Positions 25,630-33,675 of a stretch of 58,268 nt of DNA are shown here, one piece after another. Each line of letters begins with the position of its first letter. Within the stretch, counting starts at the first letter, position 1. The translations under genes were made by a program, and so were the position numbers. A model generated the notes under the pieces. The model saw only the letters and a list, made by a program, of their open reading frames with translations, had not been told where the DNA came from and did no database searches. The stretch spans positions 193,904 to 252,171 of the forward strand of contig JAAXUA010000002.1 in assembly GCA_013336275.1 (NCBI GenBank), in the 5' to 3' direction. The DNA is from Candidatus Falkowbacteria bacterium (GTDB lineage Bacteria; Patescibacteriota; Patescibacteriia; Patescibacteriales; GWE2-39-37).

Positions 25630-26823
25630 ATGAGAGTCCAAGACACAGCCCGATTAGCGACGCGCATGTTCAAAACTAGGCCGGCCAGAACCTGGCTGAC
25701 GATTCTTGGCATTGGCGTCGGTATTGCTGCCGTGGTCGTCTTGGTCGGTTTGGGCTACGGTTTGCAGGGAATCATCCTGGAAAAGATCGTTTTCGGCGAG
25801 GCTTTGTTGAGCTTGAATGTCAATGCTCCGTCATCGAAAGCGGTCATACTGGACAAGAAGAGCCTGGAGATGTTCGGGAAATTGGAACATGTCCAGGAGG
25901 TCGAGCCGATGACTAGCTACACTTCCTTGATCAAGTTCGGCGAACTGACGGGCAGCATCTTCGTGCGCGGCGTCAACGCCAATTACTTCAAATATGCCGG
26001 CGTGGTGCCGCTTGAAGGATCGTTGTTCGGCAACGGAGAGGCGAACAAAGTAATCTTGTCGACAGCAGCCTTGAAACTTTTCGAGCTGGAACCCAAAGCT
26101 ATTCTCGGCAAGCGGGTCAATTTCAAGATTTTCGTGCCAGGCGCTAATCCGGACGATGTCCAGGAGGTGCCTTTGGGCAAAGAGTACGAAGTCGCGGGCG
26201 TAATCGATGATGCCTCCTCGATTTATGCCTTTGTCCCGCTATCGGAGCTGACTGCTAAATTTGCGGTCACTTCCTACGAAAGCGCCCGAGTCAAGGTCGA
26301 GAGCAACGAGTTCTTGACTGCGGCCGAAGATGCGATCATCAAGAAGGGTTTCGTGGTGACGGCTTTGTCCAAAACGGTCGAACAAGCCAACAAGATCTTC
26401 AGCGGCATCCAGATCATCTTAGCTATCTTCGGCGGCATCGCTTTGGTCGTGTCGGCTATCGGTATGTTCAACACCATGACCGTCACCCTAATGGAAAGAA
26501 CCAACGAGATCGGTATCATGCGTACCATCGGCGGCTCGCCGACCAATATCAAGGTCATGTTCTTGTCCGAGTCGATCGTCATGGGCTTCTTGGGAGGCGT
26601 GGTCGGTATCGCCATCGGCGTCTCCGGCGGATTGTCTTTGAATTTCCTTTTGAACTCGATCGCCACTCGTATGGGCGGTACGGCCATCACCTTATTCCGC
26701 TTTCCTGTTCCTTTTTTACTGATGATTGCCGCCTTCGGCGCCGTCATGGGTTTTTTGACCGGTGTTTATCCGGCCAGGCGCGCCGCTTCCTTGAGTCCGC
26801 TAGACGCCATCAGATACAAATAA
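25630..26823 (+). CDS. MacB/FtsX-family ABC permease
   Basis: RTWLTILGIGVGIAAVV; extracytoplasmic domain; IGMFNTMTVTLMERTNEIGIMRTIGG; C-terminal YPARRAASLSPLDAIRY. Confidence 0.92.
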   Translation: MRVQDTARLATRMFKTRPARTWLTILGIGVGIAAVVVLVGLGYGLQGIILEKIVFGEALLSLNVNAPSSKAVILDKKSLEMFGKLEHVQEVEPMTSYTSLIKFGELTGSIFVRGVNANYFKYAGVVPLEGSLFGNGEANKVILSTAALKLFELEPKAILGKRVNFKIFVPGANPDDVQEVPLGKEYEVAGVIDDASSIYAFVPLSELTAKFAVTSYESARVKVESNEFLTAAEDAIIKKGFVVTALSKTVEQANKIFSGIQIILAIFGGIALVVSAIGMFNTMTVTLMERTNEIGIMRTIGGSPTNIKVMFLSESIVMGFLGGVVGIAIGVSGGLSLNFLLNSIATRMGGTAITLFRFPVPFLLMIAAFGAVMGFLTGVYPARRAASLSPLDAIRYK

Positions 26824-27453
26824 ATGATGCTCGAGAATAAATACGCCAGAGTCGCCGCCTATGTCGTCTTGGTAATTCTTAACCTTATGTCGTTTCTGGC
26901 GTTGTACCAGGTTTCACAAGACGATCGCTTGCCACCGGCCGAGCAGGAAGTCGTAACAGAAGAGGGATCAGCCGGACAGGGGGTTATTTCTCGGATCAGC
27001 CGGCAGTTTTTCGGATTCGGCCAACCATCAGATGAAAAAACCGGTGCTGGTGCGGCGCAATTATCCACAGTGCCGAACGAGCCGAAATTTTCCCGGACTT
27101 CGTTCTTCTTTCAAGCCCCCTATATCGGCAGCCTGGCCATCCCGGAGTCCTGGGAAGGGAAATACGCCACCAAAGAAACAGGACAGTCGATCGATTTTTT
27201 ATACGTCTTGCCTGGAGAGCCAGGCATCCCGATCTTCACGGTCGATTTATTAACGAAAAAAGATTGGGAAAAATTCAAGGCCGCCAATCAAGGCGCTCAA
27301 GTCATTAAGGACTTGCCGGAACACGTCTTCGTGGCCAGGATTCGCAACGCAACCACGACCGACCAGGACAGAGTTAAAGAGTATATAAGGATGACCGGTG
27401 AGGCCAAAGCATCTTGGAATAGCTTTCGGAGCCATCTTCAACCCAAAAATTAA
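26824..27453 (+). CDS. Hypothetical membrane-anchored extracytoplasmic protein
   Basis: ATG directly after the permease stop codon; one N-terminal TM; no recognised domain. Confidence 0.65.
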   Translation: MMLENKYARVAAYVVLVILNLMSFLALYQVSQDDRLPPAEQEVVTEEGSAGQGVISRISRQFFGFGQPSDEKTGAGAAQLSTVPNEPKFSRTSFFFQAPYIGSLAIPESWEGKYATKETGQSIDFLYVLPGEPGIPIFTVDLLTKKDWEKFKAANQGAQVIKDLPEHVFVARIRNATTTDQDRVKEYIRMTGEAKASWNSFRSHLQPKN

Positions 27454-27478
27454 TTTAAGGTTAGATAAAAAAAAGTTG

Positions 27479-27508
27479 TTGTCACTAAAACGTAAAATGT
27501 GGTAAAAT
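27479..27508 (+). promoter_or_regulatory. Sigma70-like promoter for the 577-aa gene
   Basis: TTGTCA-N18-TAAAAT with TG extension. Confidence 0.55.
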
Positions 27509-27585
27509 ATCAATAGAGGATTTTCTTCAGGAATTTTTTTTCGTAACTTAGTTTTCAGATATTAATTTATTAATATTCCCCATGC

Positions 27586-29319
27586 ATGTCGCAAGCAATT
27601 AAAAAACAACTCAAACGATCGTATCCCGTCGTGGCCGGTTTTTTGATTCTGAATATCGCCATCTCAGCCGTGTTTTTCAACATGCGCTTCAATCTTTTAG
27701 AAATCAGCTGGCTTAACGGTGCTCAGGCCCAGGATTCGGCCACCAGCTCTGTTACCGTCAAGAACGCGCCGCCGGCCTTCACGGTCAATGCAGCCGAAAA
27801 CCCGACGTCTTCTTCAACTTCGCCGGTCAATGTCGGCGCTAATATCAGCTTTACCGGCACGGCCGATGACCCGGAAAATAACAGTTATTACTTGATTGTT
27901 TGCGATAGTACGGCTACGGCCACTCCTGGCGCCGGTGGCGCCGCCCCGACCTGCAGTGTCGGCAACACCATCAACTGCGTTTCCGGCTTGACTGGCGATA
28001 CGGCTCAGGCAAGCTGCACCTACGGCAATGTGGCTGATCCTGGAGCTGAGACCAAGAACTGGGCTGCTTTTGTCTGCGATAATCACGCCACCCAGGCCCA
28101 GTGTACGACTGTCGGCAATTCCGGCTCAGGTGATTCCGGCTCTCCGTACTATGTCAACCATGCCCCTACCTTTACGGCAGTGGCCACGACTGATGACAAC
28201 AAGGATCCTGGAGGCATATTTACCATCCAGGGCAACGTAGGCGATACAGATGCCCAGGGCGGAGTCGATACCTTGACCATGAGCGTCTGCAGTTCGAATA
28301 GCTGGTCCACCACCACCGGTTGTGCTGCCACCACATTCTGCACCGGCACCACGACCGGCGCTACGGTTTCCTGCACCTATACCAGCCCGGTTCCGATGGC
28401 TCATGGAACCTCTTCATATTATGCCTTTGTCAAAGATTGGCATCAGTTAGCCTCTGCCGCCAACTCGAGAACTAGCGTAATCACTACCAACAATGTCGCT
28501 CCTTCAGTGAGCAATATCGTCCTGAACGGCGGTTCACTCATTACCTTATTAAATAAGGGTGCCGGGCCAAAAACAGTAACCGCATCCTCATCTTCGGTTA
28601 CGGACAATAACGGTTGTGCCGACTTGGTTGACGCCACCAGCACTATTTATTATTCGGCAGTCGCCGGCGGAGCCGACTGCACGGCCGACGACAATAATTG
28701 TTATAAGTCGGCAGCAGCTGCTTGCAACGTTTCTGACTGTTCAGGCGGTGTCGATACCGTGGCCACAGTAGTATGCAGCGCTGGCTTGGAATATCATGCC
28801 ATCCCAACTGACATTTCCACGGGAAATCCGTACACTTCAAACGGCTGGATTGCTTCGATTTTTCCCTATGATGAAACCCTCTCAGCCAGTCTTGCCACAA
28901 GCAGTCCGGTCGACGTGTTTACTAATATGGCTCTAGACGTCTCTGAGGCGACAATTCCTTATGGCATCTTACAGGCTGGACAGAATACTGCCGGTTACAA
29001 CGCAACCACCACAGTCATAAATTTTGGCAATTGTCCTTTGGCTAGCGATATAGATGGAACTTGGATGTCTAACGGCGGCAATCATATAGGGGAAAATAAC
29101 CAGAAATTTGATCTCTCAACAGCCGTTTACGGGTCGCTTACTTATAATCTATCTTCCACGACGCCACAAACCTTGAACCTTTCTGCTCGACCAACCAGCG
29201 CGGCTAACGTGACCAGGCCAGTTTATTGGGGTATCAATATCCCGGCTTTGCTGCCCTCGGGTGATTATTACGGTACGAATACATTTACAGCAGGACTTTA
29301 TTCCGGCGGAGTTTGGTAA
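27586..29319 (+). CDS. Secreted Cys-rich Ig-like protein with WxL/TasA-like C-terminal domain; candidate major fibre or surface-layer subunit
   Basis: Signal peptide ending AQA; 17 Cys; C-terminus VYWGINIP...GDYYGTNTFTA; paralog of the giant protein C-terminus; monocistronic. Confidence 0.75.
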   Translation: MSQAIKKQLKRSYPVVAGFLILNIAISAVFFNMRFNLLEISWLNGAQAQDSATSSVTVKNAPPAFTVNAAENPTSSSTSPVNVGANISFTGTADDPENNSYYLIVCDSTATATPGAGGAAPTCSVGNTINCVSGLTGDTAQASCTYGNVADPGAETKNWAAFVCDNHATQAQCTTVGNSGSGDSGSPYYVNHAPTFTAVATTDDNKDPGGIFTIQGNVGDTDAQGGVDTLTMSVCSSNSWSTTTGCAATTFCTGTTTGATVSCTYTSPVPMAHGTSSYYAFVKDWHQLASAANSRTSVITTNNVAPSVSNIVLNGGSLITLLNKGAGPKTVTASSSSVTDNNGCADLVDATSTIYYSAVAGGADCTADDNNCYKSAAAACNVSDCSGGVDTVATVVCSAGLEYHAIPTDISTGNPYTSNGWIASIFPYDETLSASLATSSPVDVFTNMALDVSEATIPYGILQAGQNTAGYNATTTVINFGNCPLASDIDGTWMSNGGNHIGENNQKFDLSTAVYGSLTYNLSSTTPQTLNLSARPTSAANVTRPVYWGINIPALLPSGDYYGTNTFTAGLYSGGVW

Positions 29320-29340
29320 TAAATACAGTGAAAATTATAT

Positions 29341-29368
29341 AAAGAAGCGCCTTAAGGGCGCTTCTTTT
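29341..29368 (+). terminator. Rho-independent (bidirectional) terminator
   Basis: AAAGAAGCGCC-ttaag-GGCGCTTCTTTT. Confidence 0.85.
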
Positions 29369-29434
29369 GTGTAAAACTTTAACCTTAGCCTAAATATAGC
29401 TCATAATATGCCCATAATTCAGGGGTTTTCTGCC

Positions 29435-29464
29435 TTGAAAAATTGTGTCGTATTATAGTATAAT
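29435..29464 (+). promoter_or_regulatory. Sigma70-like promoter
   Basis: TTGAAA-N18-TATAAT upstream of 29528. Confidence 0.45.
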
Positions 29465-29527
29465 ATAAAGGAATAATAATATATGTTTGAAGGATATATT
29501 TTTTTGTATTGGCCGAATTTTTAGATT

Positions 29528-30145
29528 ATGACCAAAATCCAAATTGCAGTCTATGGCGCAATAGTTTTTTCGTTCTTTTATTATCTGATCAGATTCACTT
29601 TCGACCTGCTGTTGCGCGGTTTTGCCCCGGTTGTTTCATCGCGCCCCTGGGTAATCGAGACCTTGATTGATGAGCTGAAGAAGAATAAGATCAAGGAAAA
29701 TCCGGTAATCTATTCCTTGAGTTGCGGCAAGTCCGGTTTTTTGTATTTTGTCGGCAAGGCATTCCCGAATGCCACCTTGATCGGAGTTGAAAACGACTTT
29801 CTGCTTTATCTGCTTGAGCGCATCCAGGTATGGATCAGGCTGCTTGATATCAAGGTCCTGTATGAGAAGCGGCTTTATAGCCTCGATGTCAGCAAGGCGA
29901 ATGTGATCTACTGTTATCTCGGCATAGAATATTTGAGAGAGCTGCCGAAGAAATTCAAGTTCGAGTGCAAGCCGGGTACCTTGATCATCAGTGTCGGTTT
30001 TCCGATTCCTAACTTGCCAGAAAAAAAAGTTTTAGAGATTTCCCAGCAGCAAGGCCGCTTGGATTTCCTGTCCAAGCGCAAGATTTTTTCTTCGAAAAAG
30101 AAGGAGGGTAAACGCCCTCATCTGATATATGTTTATGAAATCTAA
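29528..30145 (+). CDS. FAM173/aKMT-like class I SAM methyltransferase homolog with degenerate motif I
   Basis: N-terminal TM; APVVSSRP; YSLSCGKSG in place of DLGxGDG; LIGVE; ANVIYCYL; KPGTLIISVGFPIP. Confidence 0.65.
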   Translation: MTKIQIAVYGAIVFSFFYYLIRFTFDLLLRGFAPVVSSRPWVIETLIDELKKNKIKENPVIYSLSCGKSGFLYFVGKAFPNATLIGVENDFLLYLLERIQVWIRLLDIKVLYEKRLYSLDVSKANVIYCYLGIEYLRELPKKFKFECKPGTLIISVGFPIPNLPEKKVLEISQQQGRLDFLSKRKIFSSKKKEGKRPHLIYVYEI

Positions 30146-30167
30146 TCACCGTTAGGCAATTATAATA

Positions 30168-31256
30168 ATGAAAAGGGGAGCAATAACTAATCTTTTCGGT
30201 TTTTTCACGGTTGCGCTGTGCCTTTTGGGGTACGCTAAGAGCGCGTCTGCCGGTTTCGGTATCTCACCGCCATATCTTAAGAATCAGCAGCTAGTGCCTG
30301 GTTCGAGGTTCGAGCAGCAGATCACTTTGCTGCGTTCGTCGGCTGACGAGGACCTGAAGGCAACTATCAAGGTCAACGCGCCGGAAATCGCCCCTTGGAT
30401 TACTATCGATAAGGGCGAGGAATTCGTCTTGCCCAAGGGCGAGGTGCAGGTGCCGATGATCGTAACGGTTAACGTGCCCAAGAGCGCCGAATTAGGCAAC
30501 TACAAAGGCAGCATAAATATCAAGGTCGCATCGGCCAATGCTGCTACGGCCGGCGTTGCCATCGCCCTCGGTGCCCGCGTAGATATCGATCTGACTCTTA
30601 CCAACGTCGCCAATAGCGACTTCGTGGTCAAGACAGCCGCCATCCCTGATTTTGAGATGCTTGAGTGGCCGTGGAATTGGAAGATCTTCAGTACCTTCCT
30701 TCATCGCGCCACAGTCGTCTTGAATATCGAGAATATCGGCAACGTCGAAACCGCACCATCAAAGGTCGCTTTGGAGATTCTCGACATCTCCAAGACCAAG
30801 ACTTTGGAGAATCTGATGGACAAGTCGATTGATAAGATACCTTCATTCTCAACCAAGGAAGTTTCCGCCCATTTCCCGACCAAGCTAGGCGTCGGCCAGT
30901 ATTGGGGCAAGGTCAAAGTCTATAAGGGCAACGATATAGTTAATGCCTATGAAATCGCCTTTACCATAGCTAAGCCGGGTGAATTGCCTAATGGCGGATT
31001 AAGCCTCGGTTTGTTGCCTTGGCTGCTCCTCGCCGGCTATATCGTAATCGCCATCATCGTTTTGTCTTTCCTGATCAAGATCAAGGTTTGGCGTTTGACC
31101 GGCAAAGGTCTGGCTCTGCTGCTCGCCCAGTTCTTCGCTCCGATCCGCCCGGTCGCCAGAGCGGTATCCAAATCGACCAACAGCATGAAGACCGGTTTCT
31201 GGCGCTGGGTTGGCACCAAGGTTTCCCAGCATAATGACCGCGATCGTCGCGACTAA
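30168..31256 (+). CDS. DUF916/WxLIP-like two-Ig-domain protein with C-terminal TM
   Basis: Signal peptide ending ASA; GFGISPPY; IAPWITI...VPMIVTVNVP...LGNYKGSI; IENIGNVETAP; TM LLPWLLLAGYIVIAIIVLSFLI. Confidence 0.7.
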   Translation: MKRGAITNLFGFFTVALCLLGYAKSASAGFGISPPYLKNQQLVPGSRFEQQITLLRSSADEDLKATIKVNAPEIAPWITIDKGEEFVLPKGEVQVPMIVTVNVPKSAELGNYKGSINIKVASANAATAGVAIALGARVDIDLTLTNVANSDFVVKTAAIPDFEMLEWPWNWKIFSTFLHRATVVLNIENIGNVETAPSKVALEILDISKTKTLENLMDKSIDKIPSFSTKEVSAHFPTKLGVGQYWGKVKVYKGNDIVNAYEIAFTIAKPGELPNGGLSLGLLPWLLLAGYIVIAIIVLSFLIKIKVWRLTGKGLALLLAQFFAPIRPVARAVSKSTNSMKTGFWRWVGTKVSQHNDRDRRD

Positions 31257-31351
31257 GAAAATCAAGCGGTTGCGTCACGCAGCAGCACCTCTCTTATATA
31301 TAGTCGGCGCGTGCCTGCTGGCCGGCCGTTCCTCATCTAGCTTTTTGCATT

Positions 31352-32602
31352 ATGCGTTTTCGCCCGTTATCCATATTATTCTTGATTTTAGCCATCGGAT
31401 TATTGCCATACCATAAAATCGCCAACGCCAGCACGGCTACCACCTCGGTAACCGTCCTCTTGGTTTGCGGTGATGGCTTGAAGGATGGCGGTGAGACTTG
31501 CGATACTAATGATTTCGGCGGTTTGACTTGCGGCAACTTCGGTTTCGATGACGGCGAACTGACCTGTTCCAACACTATTACGCCCGGCGATTGTTCGACG
31601 ATCCTGACGCCATTCTGCAGCACTTGCGGCAACGGGATCAAAGAAGGCTTCGAGCAGTGCGATGGCACCGATGTCGGTTCGAGCACCTGCCAGATGTTCG
31701 GTTATAACACCGGCAGCCTGTCTTGCGCTTCCAACTGCAATCTGGTCATTACCGGGTGTGCCAGCGTCGGTTTGACCGAACCGGGCAACGCTGGTTCCCA
31801 GGGCGGCGGTTCGGGCGGCGGCGGAGGCACTGGCGGCGGCGGATTTCCAGCCGGCTTCATTCCTGGCTCCGAAGTCGCACCCAAAGCGACCAAGGTCGTA
31901 GTCAACGGCAAAGCCTATCCTGGATCCGACGTCAACATTCTGATTGACGGCAAGACTATCGGTATCGTTCGGGCCGATCCTAAAGCGGATTTCTATTTCG
32001 AAAGCGAAACCATAACTCCTGGCGTAATCGGTTTGGGGCTTTGGGCAGAAGACAGCAAGGGACTGAAGTCGGCCCTGCAAACCCTGACTTTCCGCGTCGC
32101 TTCCGGCGCGGTCACTACCGTTTCCGGAGCCTATCTCTCGCCAAGCATCGATATCGACAAGCCGACAGTCGGACAAGGGGAGGAGCTGAGGGTGTTCGGT
32201 CAGACCGTTCCGACGAGCGATGTCTCGGTCGTATTCCATTCAGCAACTGAGGTGGTCAAACAGACTCAGAGTTCGAACAAAGGCGAATGGACGCTCAATT
32301 TCAATACGGCACCGCTGGAGTCCGAGGCTTATCACATCGTCAAGGCATCATTCGAGCAGAAAGGGACTAACAATATTATCAAGAGCGGTTTTTCCAAAGC
32401 GGTAAGCTTCTATGTCGGCAAGGGCGGCTTCGCCCAGCCTTGCCCCAAGGCTGACCTGAACAAGGACAAGAAGACTAATTTGGTCGACTTCTCGATTTTG
32501 CTTTACTATTGGGGCACTGATAATACTTGTGCCGACCAGAACCGCAACAAGAAGGTCGACCTTATCGATTTCAGTATCATGCTATATAATTGGACAGGGT
32601 AA
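31352..32602 (+). CDS. Secreted protein: Cys-rich (myxobacterial CGNG/CGDG-type) repeats, Gly linker, Ig-like domains, C-terminal dockerin
   Basis: CGDGLKDGGETCD and CGNGIKEGFEQCDG; GGGSGGGGGTGGGG; ADLNKDKKTNLVDFSILLYYWG...ADQNRNKKVDLIDFSIMLYNWTG. Confidence 0.82.
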   Translation: MRFRPLSILFLILAIGLLPYHKIANASTATTSVTVLLVCGDGLKDGGETCDTNDFGGLTCGNFGFDDGELTCSNTITPGDCSTILTPFCSTCGNGIKEGFEQCDGTDVGSSTCQMFGYNTGSLSCASNCNLVITGCASVGLTEPGNAGSQGGGSGGGGGTGGGGFPAGFIPGSEVAPKATKVVVNGKAYPGSDVNILIDGKTIGIVRADPKADFYFESETITPGVIGLGLWAEDSKGLKSALQTLTFRVASGAVTTVSGAYLSPSIDIDKPTVGQGEELRVFGQTVPTSDVSVVFHSATEVVKQTQSSNKGEWTLNFNTAPLESEAYHIVKASFEQKGTNNIIKSGFSKAVSFYVGKGGFAQPCPKADLNKDKKTNLVDFSILLYYWGTDNTCADQNRNKKVDLIDFSIMLYNWTG

Positions 32603-32634
32603 CACAATTTACAATTATCAATTTACAACTCTCA

Positions 32635-33657
32635 ATGAATAATGTGATAAAAACTCTCATCTTTGCCTTTTTGCTGGTCGTGCCGTCATTTGCTGCTCGT
32701 GCTGCTACCTTGTATTTCACGCCTTCTAGCGGAACTTATGGCTATGGCGATGTTTTCGCTGTCGACGTCAAAATCGATATAGATAGCGGTGACGAGTGCA
32801 TCAATACCGTCCAGGGTGTTATCGGTTTCGATAAGGATTATCTTGAAATGGTCGATTTCAGCGGTGGCGAATCGATCCTCTCCTTATGGATCGACCTGCC
32901 CAAGACTGGCGACATGCCGAATATCAATCATGAAAAGATAGTCAAGTTCACCGGCGGCATTCCTGGTGGTTACTGCGGTAAGATTCCGGGTGATCCGGGC
33001 GAGAGCAATATCATCGGCAAAATCATCTTTAAGGTCAATAACTTCAAGGCGGACGCCGTGCCCAAGCCGACGGCTAAGGTTTTTTTCGTTGACAGCACCC
33101 AGGTGCTTCTGAATGACGGTCTGGGCACCGAGGCCAAGGTTGTTTTGAAGGAGGCCGAATTCACTGTCACTGAAAAGCAGGCGGAGTCGAGGAAGGAGTG
33201 GGACACCTTGAAGAATGACGATGTCATCCCGCCCGAACCTTTCGTTATAGAAATTCAGCGCAGCCAGTCGATGTATAATGGGAAAAATTATCTGATATTC
33301 AACACTACGGACAAGCAGTCCGGAGTAGACCATTACGAAGTCCTAGAGGCGAGATTTGATGATAGCGCCGACCGATCTTCCTGGTTCGGCTGGTTTGAAA
33401 GCAAGAAGGCTGACCCTGAATGGAAGCTCGCCAGCATCCCCTACATATTGGAGGACCAGTCCTTGTCAAGCAACATCAAGGTGAAGGCCATAGACAAGGC
33501 CGGCAACGAGCGGATTGAAGAATATTTCATCAAGGAATCAAAACCGGCGCCCAAATCATCTATGAGGTTCGCGCCTTTTGTGGTATTATTTATCATAGTG
33601 GCGCTTGCGGCCTGGCTCATTTTTCGGAAAGCCAGGTCTCGCAACCGCATCAAGTAA
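32635..33657 (+). CDS. Cohesin-domain protein with Ig-like domain and C-terminal TM (ATG 32635 preferred over TTG 32590)
   Basis: MNNVIKTLIFAFLL signal peptide ending ARA; LYFTPSSGTYGYGDVFAVDVKID...INTVQGVIGFD cohesin pattern; TDKQSGVDHYEV; terminal TM. Confidence 0.8.
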   Translation: MNNVIKTLIFAFLLVVPSFAARAATLYFTPSSGTYGYGDVFAVDVKIDIDSGDECINTVQGVIGFDKDYLEMVDFSGGESILSLWIDLPKTGDMPNINHEKIVKFTGGIPGGYCGKIPGDPGESNIIGKIIFKVNNFKADAVPKPTAKVFFVDSTQVLLNDGLGTEAKVVLKEAEFTVTEKQAESRKEWDTLKNDDVIPPEPFVIEIQRSQSMYNGKNYLIFNTTDKQSGVDHYEVLEARFDDSADRSSWFGWFESKKADPEWKLASIPYILEDQSLSSNIKVKAIDKAGNERIEEYFIKESKPAPKSSMRFAPFVVLFIIVALAAWLIFRKARSRNRIK

Positions 33658-33675
33658 AGATAACAAGTCAAGGAG

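Noticed and set aside
27586-29319. Type IV pilin or sortase-dependent pilin
   Set aside because: No G/FxxxE prepilin motif, no LPxTG sorting signal and no sortase in the window.
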